Notes under the pieces: model-generated
Database searches by the model: none
Told to the model about the DNA's origin: nothing
Seen by the model: only the letters and a program-made list of their open reading frames with translations
In this document: positions 1-12,536 of the stretch, piece by piece
Layout: every line of letters starts with the position of its first letter
Position numbering within the stretch: the first letter of the stretch is position 1
DNA from: Cycas panzhihuaensis
Lineage: Eukaryota; Plantae; Cycadophyta
NCBI GenBank assembly: GCA_023213395.1
Contig: CM041465.1
Coordinates: forward strand, 173,049,741-173,113,740
DNA: 64,000 nt
Direction of reading: 5' to 3'
Position numbers and translations under genes: made by a program

Positions 1-268
1 GTTAGAGGAGAGACCTTGGGGGACTCGATGTTTGACGAGTGTCAAACATGCAAGCTATGCCATTTGCATGTGGGACAAGTGTCCATTGGGCTCTCTTGTG
101 AGCAAAAGTGCATGAGGGGTGCATTGACCCTCAAGTCGCAACATTGTGCTATGAGAAAGAATGTGGGTGTGTACTTTATCACATAAGGTGATAAGACACC
201 TTTATATAAAGTATATATTGTTACAATATAAAGTACATCACTTAACATTTAAACATAAGGGTTTAACA
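1..268 (-). repeat. Partial LTR of Copia family A, cut by the window edge and inserted into the integrase start of Gypsy G
   Basis: Aligns with 28480-28754 and with 17800-17945 plus 23171-23291 (gatgtttgacgagtgtcaaacatg; atgtgggtgtgtactttatcaca; ends aaacataagggtttaaca). Gypsy integrase-like sequence abuts at 269. Confidence 0.85.
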
Positions 269-559
269 CAGATCACCCCTTGGTGTACTTGAGATATGAC
301 TCTCTCCACTTCGTGGAATGCGATGCAATGTCTTAATACATCATCCAAGCCATGTTGATAAAGCTCTCCCTAAATAAGTTGGTAAGGCTCTGCTTTCCTT
401 ACCAACTGTTATCTCTCTGCTTTGTCTAATCCTAAGGTACCTCACCTATTGACAAGTATTCAGGTATGCCCTCATACCATTTTGGTGCAACTACATCAAT
501 TTTGAACAAATAAGCATCAGGAAAGTCATCCTAAACTGCAATTGCTTTTTCACCATTGT

Positions 560-1800
560 TAATTCTTGATAATTAATCCAGTATGACGTGCTTTTCCTTG
601 TTTAACCATAATTTTAAATGTAAATTCTTGGAAAAGCATTAGAAATTTATTGATTCTTCACTGTAATAATGACTAATTGATTAGGCAAATAAGAGCTTGA
701 TGATCTATGTAAAATACACATGGGTTTGACAATAAATAATGGCAAATTTTTTATAGTGCGTAAACCATTACTAATGCTTCCCACTTTGTAATTGTATAAT
801 TTTGCTCTACTTGTGTTAATTTCTTGCTGGCGACTGTAATTGGATGGTCAATGTTTTTCTCTCCAGGTTGGGCTAACATGCACCTAATTGTGAATTAGGA
901 AGTATCCATGTGGATGCAAAACATTTTAGTTAGGGAACCACAAAATGGGTGTTGTTGCTAGTACTCTTTTTAGGGATTCAAATGCCATTTGTTGCTCCCC
1001 TTCCCATTCCCCTTCAATATCTTTTTTGAGCAGATCTTCTAAGGGTCCAAAGATGTGGGCATAAGCTTTTACAAATCATTGATAGTAGCTGGTTAACCTT
1101 AGAAATCCCTTCAAATGTTTTCTAGTAAGAGGAATGGAAAAGTTGAGTATGGTAAATACTTTTGCCAGGTAAGTTATTAAGCCTTCCTTATTAACTATAT
1201 GACCTAGCAAATTCTCAAATGACACCATAAAAGTACACTTTTTGGATTTAAGCACAACTTGTTCTCTCTGCATGTTTGCAACATCTCCTAAACATTTTTC
1301 AGACGATTCTTGATTACTCCATATAATGGCCAATCATCGAGAAACAGGGCTACTTTTTCTCCAATCATTTTCTAAAATATATTGAAAACTATATGCTAGA
1401 AGGTAGCATGGGCATTGGTTAACCCAAATGACATCACTTTATATTCGTAGGTTCCCCATTCAATGACAAATGTTGCTTTTTCTTGGTCCTTAGGTGGAAT
1501 TTGTACCTGATTGTACCCACTAAATCCATCTATCAAATAGTAGGTTTCACTTCCTCTAACCATATCCAAAGCATCTTTTATAAAGAGAATAGGAAATGGA
1601 TCCTTCTTTGTTACATTGTTAAGTTGATGGCAATCCACACATACTCCAATTTTTGCATTTTTCTTTAAGGCTACGACCACTGCGCTAACCCAGTAACTAT
1701 GTTCTACCTCATAGATATAACCAACTTTCAACATTTTGTTGATTTCTACATTCACTCTTTCCTTGTATTTGGGATTTGATCTATAAGGTCTCTATTTCAT
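560..1800 (-). pseudogene. pol: Gypsy reverse transcriptase/RNase H relic of element G
   Basis: ORFs 1396-1755 and 1076-1333 carry Gypsy RT motifs (LLGHIVNKEG, LKGFLRLTSYY). Many stops and frameshifts. Confidence 0.85.
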
Positions 1801-1920
1801 TAGTTTGGCTACATTTTGATTTTTAGTGGAATGCCTTTTAACCTCTCATAAGAACAAGTAAACAAGTCTCTAAATTCTTCAAAAAGTGCCTAGGCTTGTG
1901 GAACTATTCTCTCATTCCAA

Positions 1921-2455
1921 TGTTAAAATGTAATAATGACTTACACAAAAGCTCTGATACCATGTTGAAAATTTGATTTGCATTAATAGATCATATTGAA
2001 TTTGTCATGTGTATAAGCAAGATTGATTATGTGGAGCATTCATTATGTAACTTGCAATAAACAATAAATGAAATGATTCATTAAGTGTTTAAGGTGAACA
2101 TTTAAGCATATAAAGAAATATGCACACATCAATATAACACATTCACACATAGAAAGATATCATCATGAGGCACCAAATTTATATGTGGAGAACCCTTGAT
2201 TAAAAAATAACACGAGAGAAATGTGGAGCTTAGCTTTTTCTCACTTATCTCAAATTATGCTTTTGATGCGTGTACATATTTATAGATCCATAACCTCATG
2301 TATATCCAATAAGATATAATAACATCATCAACCAATGGTTTTGTACTGATACATTGACCACTTAAATCATATGTGAGAGCCCTTACATTGACCGATCACA
2401 ACTCATCCACTAATTTCACATTATATCGAATATTATGAAATTCAATATTCTAACA
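1921..2455 (-). repeat. 3' LTR of F, with an internal PBS-like motif at 1951-1962
   Basis: Roughly 85% similar by eye to 4950-5479 and adjacent to the PPT. Confidence 0.85.
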
Positions 2456-4949
2456 CTCCCCCTTAATGTTTAACTTTTGAAACTCTCAAATGTCTTCATA
2501 ACCATGATGGATCACCTTCTCATCTTTGTCCCCGTATCACCTGCAAATATCAATCAATCAAACTTGTCTTTACCATATTTGTTCTCCTACAAACAAATGT
2601 CATCGAATGTCATCTTTCTCATAGCATCACCCGTAAACCATTAATCAAACATGAATCAAACTTATCATAATATATGAAGTCTTTTTCACAACTTCATCCC
2701 TTTCACCTGTAAGCTACAAACAAACTTATTAACTCATTAACAAAGCATTTCACTAATGTCCATATAAAACAACAACCATCTACCAAAATGTATGGGTAAC
2801 TAGTCACTACAATCACTAGTTAGTTAAGAAGTGTTTCTCATACGTGATTCATCAATTTCTTAAACAAAGACAACATATTTTGGGAATGAGTCGAACTACT
2901 TAGCCAAACAAATATGCTATAACAAAAGTAGCTTGTGAATCTTCTCTTGCTTCTTGTCCTACGAGATACAGGAAAACTTGTGCTACCTCCATCAACGATT
3001 CTATGCAAGTAACCCTTACAACTTTCTTTGGCAACCAATCTCTCTCAAGAATCTCATCAAACTAACAAAACTCCAAGAACATGGCATACAACTTGGCTTG
3101 TCAAGTTTGTTGTAACAAGGTAATATGTGTAATGTGTTCCATACCACTTGTCATACGTGGTTATTGGATTTCTAACCAAAAACACATATCAACTAGACTT
3201 CTAAACAGATAATCCTAGTTTTATGGGTAACCTACAACCGTTATTGTCAATCAATTGATCAATCAAACATATATGAGACCTCTCCTCATCTCATATCAGG
3301 TGAGTAACTCCTGTTCAACAACTCAAATAATATTCTTTCAATTATCAAATGGTGTTCTTTTGTGTCCATCATTCATGCAAACAATCAGGTGATCATTATG
3401 TCCTCCATCAAACTAAGTGATAAATCAATATTTGTCATGATGTAATTAATTTGTGTCTTTCATTCACTTGGTGGATTTCATTAATGTCATGTCCAACATG
3501 TAAATATGTCTTAATCACTCTCTTTTCATCATTAAAATAGGTTCTCACGTGCTTCACAATGCTTAAATTTGAGCCTTAGATGTGTAAAATAAACCTTGAA
3601 AGTCCATTTTTCCTGTATTTTTCACCCAAACATGTGTCTAAAATCATCAAAATACATCCATTTGTATCAAGAACCCTTAAAATCATCAGAAAGTGCTAAA
3701 ATATGTCTCACATTTCAAAAAAAAAACCTTTTATCTTGCCCAAATTCACTTACTCAACCTTACTAATTAAAATCTCCATAATGCAATCTCCAAACTATGG
3801 ATTATGACCATTCATTTCATTCGTGTCTATGTCTTTTTTGCAACAATTTAGTTGGCTTTTAAATTCGATGTTATATGAAAAAGTTATACTATAAATAGTG
3901 TGATCACGTCATAAAAAGTGCATTGGGGATAGTAGCAATACCTATTACTAAAATGATGATAATGTTTTATTTTGATATCCAATTCTAGTAGAATGTAAAC
4001 TTCAAGATGCACTTATTCGAAAAAAAATTGAGGTCAATTGTATACTTGCAGCCTCTGTTATGGCCATTTGAAGTTGCAATAACAAATTTTCTACTCTATA
4101 GACAATAGTGGACAATAGGCTAAGATTGAAACCCTTATAACGTTTTGTAATTTTGCTTTAAACCCTACAGTATAACCACTTCAAATTTATGGCATAGGTC
4201 TATTTGTCTCAAATCTATGGTTGTTTCTTCCAAATTTGGCCATTTATACTTCCAAAATCATAGATCTTTGATTAGACTCATATTTTTAAAGCTTCAAAAA
4301 CTCTTCACGCAAACTTCATGCTCACATAATGTTTTTCAAATCCTTGATCAATAACAAACCCTTAATGCATCATATCTTGCTTGAAATCTATCAATTCATA
4401 TCAATGGTGAATGAAATAGTAAACCTTACCAAATGCTTGTGTGATCTACTACTCCAAATTGCGAGTTTTAGTGAAATTACGAGTCTCACAAAAGCTCACA
4501 CACGTCTACAACAGTGCATTCTGCATAGGTGAACTCAATCGAAAAATAGTTTCCTCTTTTTCCATCATCTTCTTCAATGGACTCAATCAGACCCCTATAT
4601 GCTCATGAAAATTGGGTACCCACATGCATAAAATAATGTCCGCAAAAATGCAGCAAAGTCTCACCACTGATTAAGCTTCAACACTATCAACTCGCCCTTA
4701 TATCCTAATTACATCTCATCGGCATACTAATTCCTGGCTCATCAAATTGATTCCCCAACAGGCTCATACTAGCTTGATATTGGCTCAACACTAGCTCATA
4801 CTAACTCATACAATGCATTCATGGATCATCTTTAGATGGTGAAGATTGTCACCATGTGCATGTGGTTTTCACCATCCTGCTTTGTCTCTTCATTTCATAC
4901 TCTGCTCTATTTTCTATTTCCAACTTATTTCACCTACGCTCTAATACCA

Positions 4950-5479
4950 TGTTAAAATTTAATAACCCCTTATGTAGAAGCTATGATACCATGGAAAAAA
5001 ATTGATTTACATTGATATACCATATTGAGTTTGTCATGTATATAAGTAGGATTAATTATCTAAAACATTCATCGTGTAACTTGCAATAAATAATAAATGA
5101 AATAATTCATGACATGTTTAAAATAAGCATTCAAACATATAATGAGATATGTGTACATCAATATAACACATTCATACATAGAAAGATATCATCATGAGAC
5201 ACTAGATTTATATGTGAAAAACCCTTGATGGAGAAAACCACACGACAAATGCAGAGCTTACCTCTCTCTCACTTATCTCAAACTATGCTTTCAGTGGGTG
5301 TACATATTTATAAATCCATCACCTCATGTATATCCAATAAGACATAAGAACACCATCAACTAACGATTTTGTACCGATCTAACACTTAAATCATATATAA
5401 GAACCTTTACATCGACCAACCACAACTCATCCACTAATTAAACATTACATTGAATATTATGAAATTTAATATTCCAACA
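4950..5479 (-). repeat. 5' LTR of F, with an internal PBS-like motif at 4980-4991
   Basis: Adjacent to the tRNA-Met PBS at 4938-4949. TG...CA termini. Confidence 0.85.
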
Positions 5480-6941
5480 ATAATCACCAATAATTATGTT
5501 TCATGGGTTTTTCCCATTTCCAAAGTTTAATTTCTTTGTTTGGAGCTCCTCAAATTGCACCTACTTTTTTTCATTAATCTTGTGGCCAAGTGTCTACTCA
5601 ATGCTATAATCTTTATAGTTTATTTTCAAATACTTTAAAGGGAAATTATGAACTTCTTCTTCTTCCTCCTTCTGCACCTCTAACGCCTCTTTCCATTCCA
5701 TTGTTGCTACTGATAGTACCTTATTATTACAGTTCTCTATGTCCATACTTAAATTTTTTATGTAGGCTAGGATTTTACTTAACTGTCGTGTCACCAGAAT
5801 CATAGTGGAATGTTTTCAAGAATGAGTTTTTCAACTCATTCCACAAAGCTTCTCTTATGCATTCTTTTCCTAGTAACCAATCTTGTCCTATTTTCCCTAA
5901 TGTATGGTAGACAAAATGGGCCAATCTCGTTTTGGTATACTTTGAGCTTTGTAGAAAATTTTACAATGCTTAAGATGTTTTAGTGAATAATTTCCCATAG
6001 AAAATGTTGGGATTTCACGTAAATCAAAATACATGTTGCATTTCTGACCAGGTCCTAAGCGTGTGTCGATGGGCTATATACCACCACCAAGCTAGTCCCT
6101 GAAGAGTCATTAAGAAATTGATTTCCCAATGACTTCAGTCCAATAGTTGGTACTCCATGCATTAGATGAGGTGATGGGTTGCTTTGTTGCCCATTTAGAG
6201 GAACAAAGGCACAATGTCCCTAATGATCGTATAGCCTAAATTTAGATTGTTGTAGGTAGTTTGATCCTACAACTCAAGAAGGGAGTCCTAGAGTTGTAGC
6301 CTTCATTGGTACTAGCCCTAGAAGAGGATAGGGGGGTGCTAGGGTCAATTACCCTAGAGGAAGGGGTAGGAGAACTAATGTTGCTAGCCCTAGATGGGGG
6401 CCAAGAATCATTAGAGTGAGAAGCCCTCGAGGGAGGCTTGGGGGAACTAGGGTTGGAAGCCTAGGGGAAAGGGGGGTAACTGGATTAGGAAGGAGCTTTC
6501 TCTTATACCTAGCTCAAGAGAAAGTGGAGGGTTGGAGTTCCGGATAAGGTTATTGCAAGTTCTATCCTCGCAGGGGGATTCAAGGATTGAATTAGGGTTT
6601 TGGTTGGAAATAGGATTAAAATTATAATCAATAGATTTCTCAATTAAGCCATCATTTGATTGATCCTTTATGGACTCACATTCATTTTCCCTAAGTTCTT
6701 TTTCTTGACCTAGTATTATATCTAAGTTCCTAGTCAAAGAAACACTATCAACACTACCAATTATGTTATCTAGAGTAACACTACTATCATTACTAGTATC
6801 AACACGCACATAATCAAAATTGTTGTTATTTATTGTATTATTAGAATCATAGTTCTTAGACAGCAACAAGCAATAGGAGGAGGGGTGGGGTACCTCACAT
6901 ACCCCTTGCAACCAAGTTTGCAAAAAATTACAAGTTTCACC

Positions 6942-7116
6942 TATAGCATTCCTAAATGATGATGAAGTCGGTTTTTGAGAATGAAGTCAATTTTTTTAAT
7001 ATAGCGAGAATTATTTAATTATATTTATTATGAAGTCAACTTTTTGAAAGAGTTAGGAGTTAGTTTTAGAGAGAGAAATAAAGGTTATAAATAGGGAAGA
7101 CTTGTTCATTTGTATC
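6942..7116 (+). repeat. Truncated LTR 5' portion of the Q family
   Basis: Aligns with 59868-60045 (tagcattcc..aatga..gaagtcg..ttttga..atgaa; gagagaaataaaggttataaatagggaag..ttgttcatttgtat). Confidence 0.75.
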
Positions 7117-8184
7117 CTCCATCAAAATTCAAATCAAGGTGAAATTCACCAAAACCATCCAATTCTTCCTTATATGGATTGTTCATTGTTGTTGGTTCTT
7201 TCATTATGTGATATATATTTGTCTCGTTAGTCAATTAGGTGGTGCTTTAACTAGCCATTGTCATGTTAGAGGCATCATCTATAATCACTTCAAATGTATT
7301 CTTGACTTTACCCGCCATCAGTAGGGTTACTTCCTTCTCATCTTGCCATATAATGTGCATGTCTTATTCTTCCAATTTTGAAGACATTTTGTCTCATAAA
7401 GCTAAGCTATTTCCGAGTAGGGTGAGGTATGATACCATTCCTTCTTTTTTTTTTTACACAATTAATCCCATTAGCACTACCACTCCTGCCTCATTTACTT
7501 TAATATTTGTTACTTTTCCAAGTGGTTGAATTTGAAGCTCATTAGCTAGTTTGAGGGAGTAGACATTGGTTGCATGCTTGGGCTTCCCAAGCACTTCCAT
7601 GTTTATAATGATAACAAATTTACCGTTGCTCCACCATCAACAATCACATTTTCAAAGGTTTCTCCCAAGACCACCATTGTTACCTTTGGATCTTCACTAA
7701 ATGAGGGTAACACTTTATCGACAAATTGGACCTTTTCCTTGGAACTTTTCACTTCCAACAATCCCAACTTGATCCACCTTATTACTTCGGTTAGCGAAAA
7801 TGTTAATTACAACTACTTGGCTAGGTTATCCATTAGTACTAGCATCTTGGGAATATTATCTGTAGGTATATCTTGAAATAATTGATCACATTCAATCGCA
7901 GGGGGTTATGAAATTAACGTCACTTCTTTCTCCTTTAGTTTCCCTATTTATTGATATACATTTCTTATTTCAACTTGAGGTAGTTGTTGCCTATTTGCCT
8001 CTACTTCTTTTGCCACTTGTTCTAAAGGTTGCTTTGCTTTTACAAAGCGATCAATCTCTACCCTTGGGTTTGGGTAGTTTGATTCTACTTCCTTCTGTTT
8101 GTTTTGTCAACCACTCCTAGTTTATACATTGTGAGATATGAGTATATTATGTACCATTGTTGCTAAATTAGCACCCTTTGTGTT

Positions 8185-10146
8185 GAATGGACAATTGGTA
8201 GGCTCATGATTGCATGGTCCACAACTAGGGCATGTATGTGTGCCATTCTCTCCAGATTTCTCATATGGACATTCTAACATCTAGTGTCCAAACTCCAAAC
8301 AAAACAAGCATCTCCTTGTAGGTCCTTTCTTCTTTGATTTTTCTTCTCTCTTTGTGGTTGTCTTCGTATTATACATTGATCAGGAGTCACCTCCTCTCCC
8401 TTGACCTCTACCTCCGACATTTCTCCCCCTGAGGTTGCTATAACAATCTTTAGTTGTGTGGGTGTTCGTATTATATATGTGACACCATTTTTGTCCTTTC
8501 TTCATTTTCCTCAAATTATGGGAACACTCTTTTGTGGTATGAATGTCAGTGTCACAAATGTGACACCATTTTGAATCTTTTGTTGCCTTATTCTTAGGAT
8601 TGAGGCAACATCCACTAGTGTTGTGAGTGTCCACCCCACTCAAGGCATTAAGCCATTCTTCTACTACTGCTTGATTGATCTTCCATTGGCTCCTCCTCCT
8701 TTTCTTGTAGTTTTAAATTTGCAATCTCTTCCTTCAACTTTTCAATCTCTGATGTCTCTTCTTTCATTGTGGTTTTGTATGCTTTTCCACTTTTTAACTC
8801 CTTGATTTCTTGATGTAACAACCTTAGCACATTGTTAAGTGCTTAGTTTCTCTAAGTCTAGCTCCTTTTCAAACCTAATAGCCAATTCTTTTGCCTTTGC
8901 AATGCATTCCTCAACTAGGTTTGCAATCCATTCAAAAACTTTTCAATACAAAATCGAGTAGCTTCTCCCCACTAGTAATGTTAGACACTATAATAGGCAT
9001 ACGACTAGATTGATCAAGCATTGATTCTCCCAGTCGTAGCTTAAGGTTTCCTAATGCCTGCAAAACGACCTCATTACTTCTTAACTTATGGAAATTCTCT
9101 TGAAAGGCATCAAAAAATCCTTGCCACATCATTGTGGTTGCATCCAATTCCTTTACAAGCCCAACATCACTCCCCTAAATCTTCCTTTAATATCCTTCTT
9201 GCTAGGGATGTTTCTGACTTTGATCACATTTTTAAAAAGGTACAAATGTTCCATCGCATCTATAGTTCCATCAAATTTTTGTGTTGATAAGCGCCCTCAG
9301 ATAACTTGGGCGAGGAGTGTCTCCACTCTCAGTCGCAGTATAAACTCCCCTTTAAAGAAAGAGAGAAAAACAAAAAAACACGCATGACAAACAAACCAGT
9401 TTTACAGGTAGGTGGCAAACGAAAAAAAGACAAACACGTGGCAGAGGCAAACATATGCATGACAGGGACAGTTTCATGAGCGTATCATTTTCATCTTAAA
9501 GCCTTAACTAATAAGCCCAATCATTGTTTATATGGAGTGATCATTTCTCTCTTCGATCATGATAGATATGCATCAAGGAGGAGCCTGTCAGCGCTCACAA
9601 ACTGTCCACAGTCTGCACTAGTAAATGATTAAATGCACTTTCATTGTGATATCGAGGGGACACCATCTTGGGAGGAGTCCTTGAAGCCATTACTTTCCCT
9701 TTTGTTATGACCACTTTAGGTGACAACCCTTCTTTTGGTGTCATCTCTTCCCTCTCCTTAAACAATGAGTTGTTCGTAGGGGCTTTTAATTGAATGATTC
9801 CTTCTACTCATGGGATTTGAATTGCTAATGGTGTTTTGATCACAAATGAACTCTCACTCAGTTCAGGCAGTGTATTGAATAGTTTCCTAGTAACATAATT
9901 TTCCAAGTTTGCCTTAGGACCTTCTTTTGCCTCTTCTTCATCACTGCTCATACTTTTTGGGCTTTCTTCTAGATAAAATTCCCCACTTCTTGTTAGAATC
10001 CCTTCTGGGTCAAATATGTTGGGCAAAATTTCCTCTACCGTAGTGCCTCCTTCACTTATAATTGTTTGGGGTGTTCCTACACTCCCTTCTGATTTCTCTG
10101 TGGACTTCTCCTTAGTCCCTCTTGGTGGTGTGCTTCTCTTATGCAT
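8185..10146 (-). pseudogene. gag: Gag of element G with five CX2CX4HX4C zinc knuckles
   Basis: Knuckles read CLE(C)GVDTHNTSGC (2-bp lesion), CHICDTDIHTTKEC, CHIYNTNTHTTKDC, CLFCLEFGH*MLEC and CPSCGPCNHEPTNC. An RGG tract, a coiled-coil segment (8648-8830) and Gag core remnants (8932-9280) are also present. Confidence 0.8.
9282..9665. repeat. Solo LTR (384 bp) inserted in gag of G
   Basis: TGTTG...CACCA termini with flanks ttttg / tcttg (TSD with one transition). It is CpG-richer than its surroundings, and gag sequence resumes on both sides. Confidence 0.7.
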
Positions 10147-11829
10147 TTGCCTTAGTTTTCTTTCTTTTTCCCAACATACTACCCTCTAATGATTTTATTT
10201 TGGTTCTCCCTTACCTAAAGGCTACTTATGTGGCATTAGAAAGTCTCCCAGTTGTCGTGGTTTAGTTGAAAACCACCATCACGACGACAATCAAGGTATT
10301 CTAGTCTTTGATCATACACTTTCACCTACCTTCAAGCCCTTGGGCTCTTTCTTACTCCAATGATTTAGCAACCAACCCAATGTTGATTGCTACTCAGCCC
10401 ACTAATGTCCTAAAACTAGTCGCTAGTGTAGTTGCCACATGACCTCCTTACTCCTTGATGTCAATTGCGCTTAGGTTAATTGCATAATATTTCTCACATA
10501 TGCAACATATTCATTCACAACATACACAACCAATCATCAATCACATAGAATGCATAAGTCTTTCCTCATAACTCATATATTTCATTAACCAACACTAAAT
10601 ATGCTCCTAGAACATTACATCACTTTCAATGTCCAATTCTCACCATTGAACTAATTGCAGAAAGGACCTATTTATACTCTTTTACATGGTCCAATACTAG
10701 AAAGGGTACAACTTTACAACCATAGCTTTTGACCTTTCATGACACTAAACCTTAGTTAATGATAAACAAATGTTGCTTTGTACATCCATACAATTGTACT
10801 ATTGTCTTTTCTAAAATTTGGGCACAAAACTATTATGAGAAGTATTCCTTGTTCTAGAATTATTCCACTATCTGCAAAACCATTCCAAAATCATTCCTTC
10901 ATTTGTTGACAACAATTCCCCAAGAGCTTGTTTAGTAACTTGCAATAGTTCCCTACATTCCAGAAGCTTCCTAGAACTATTCCCAGATTGTTCCCTAGCT
11001 AATTTTCTACTATTTTCATCATTTTTCTTATTGAATCTTCATCTTAACCTATCATGATTTGCCCACTCTACAGCTTGCAAAACAATATGTTTACTTGAAT
11101 TGATGTCGGATTAAGTTTCTTAAGAGGGAAAATGGTTTGTTAATTAAATTAGCAATGGGGTAGCACTTACCAGGCTTCTCAACCCACTACAGGGCATTCC
11201 TATATGCACTGACCCTAGCCCCAGGCTAGAATTGTACCTTGCACATCCTCCCTCTACAATGCCCAAATCCATAGTGATGTTCCCACACACCAAATATAGG
11301 AATGGTGTCGAGGACTCATTTTTAGACACCAGATGTCGCATTAAGCAAATCACCCACAAAAGTCACATCCTCCCTTAAGATGTACTGGCCGATTCTTTTT
11401 TATAAGAAGAGGCCACTCCCTCATGGAGTGGACACCTTTTTATTTATATGTTGTGTGGTACATATGTACAAATATTCAATGGATAACCAATTATCATGTT
11501 TAGAAGGCCTATCCCTCAAGGATGCAATCATAATCAATTCCCACTAAGGGACCAATCTCACAAAGAGACACATCTACCCCAATTCCCATCCATTTTGTTA
11601 GCGGTATCCAAGGGTCTTCCTCTTGGTACCACAAATCAAGAGGGTATCCGACATCCTGTCTCCCAATTGATCCTAAGTAAATGTTCGCCCATGCCTCACA
11701 CCCTTTTCAGTCCTGTATGGAAAGGAGATCATGGAAAATTCATGTGCATGTACTGCTTACAGAATTCGTCAATCTTCTTCCTTCAAGCATTAATTGTGAG
11801 AAGACATATATAGTGTAATACCCAAGGAT

Positions 11830-12070
11830 CTACCCTAAGCAACACATTCAAATAGGGGTAATCTATTCAAGGGCCTTCTCGAAGCAACACATGCTAGAGG
11901 GTAAACTAGCCATGAGTCCTCCCAAAGCAACACATGCTAAGAACTACATGTATGTATACAATTCTCTCACAGGTCCTCCTGAAGCAACACATGCTAAGGG
12001 GTAAACTACCCATGAGGCCTCCCAATGCAACACATGCAAAGGGGTAAACTACTCAAGGGTTTTCCAAAGT
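11830..12070. repeat. Degenerate tandem array, five copies of a ~43-57-bp unit with core AAGCAACACATGCTA
   Basis: Cores at about 11836, 11882, 11925, 11982 and 12025. Most are followed by ggggtaaacta.ccatgag.cctccc. Confidence 0.85.
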
Positions 12071-12536
12071 CTTCCAAGCATTAGGGTCTAAATGTGTGTT
12101 TTAAAATATGCATTTTTCTTTCTTTAAGGAAACTTTATGAAGTTTTTTTTCCTTTGTTTCTTATTAGTATTTAATTGATGGCATTCCATTCTTTAATTTC
12201 CTACTAGTAACACTTTATCAATATCAATTTTAGAAAATTATAATATATTGATTTGATTACCAGTGAATCAGGCTAGATCATCTTCAACATATCAACATTC
12301 AAGTCCAAATTTCAACAATAGATTCTCACGTAAGAATGTTCAAATTTAACATGCCTAATACTATATATATTGGACTAAAAATTTCAAAATATTAATTATT
12401 GCAAGATTACTTAGTGAAACTTAAAAGAAAGCATGTCTTTTTCATGTAAGAATGCATTTATTCATACCATTTCTATACTTTCTAATTTTTTGTTTATGTG
12501 ATTGTACATTGCTAGTTACTGGAGAGCGTACAAACC

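Larger units (their letters stand above)
1921..5479 (-). mobile_element. Element F: non-autonomous LTR retrotransposon (large TRIM/LARD-like, Copia-type signals), 3.56 kb, no recognisable coding
   Basis: Direct repeats 1921-2455 and 4950-5479 (TGTTAAAAT...AACA). PBS gctctaatacca at 4938-4949 and PPT ctccccctta at 2456-2465. The host Gypsy frame rejoins across it. The TSD is only partly preserved. Confidence 0.85.
269..10150 (-). mobile_element. Element G: old, fragmented Ty3/Gypsy retrotransposon (non-chromovirus, Athila/Tat-related), gag-PR-RT-RH-start of INT, interrupted by F, a solo LTR and a 6005-7116 insert
   Basis: Gypsy domain order on the minus strand: Gag N-terminus (9808-10146), Gag core 'KFDGTIDAMEHL' (~9250), zinc knuckles (8185-8655), protease 'VIVDGGATVNLL' (~7610-7650), RT 'KDPFPILFI...DGFSGYNQV...MSFGLTNAHATF' (1396-1755), RH (~600-1000), INT-zinc start 'VLRHCI..EVERVISQVHQG' (270-350). 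The frame rejoins across F as IIGDY|WNE. Its LTRs were not confidently located. Confidence 0.8.

Noticed and set aside
6447-6923. 158-aa ORF as a host gene
   Set aside because: Low-complexity N/S/D/P composition from strand skew, a non-ATG start, no recognisable domain, and it lies inside a repeat insert.
10381-11090. Possible 5' LTR of element G starting tgttgattgc
   Set aside because: No second copy in the window, no convincing PBS and no TSD, so boundaries cannot be supported.
11830-12070. Repeat-spacer look resembling a CRISPR array
   Set aside because: The linkers are mostly homologous to each other, the core is only 15 bp, the context is plant retrotransposon DNA and no cas genes are present.
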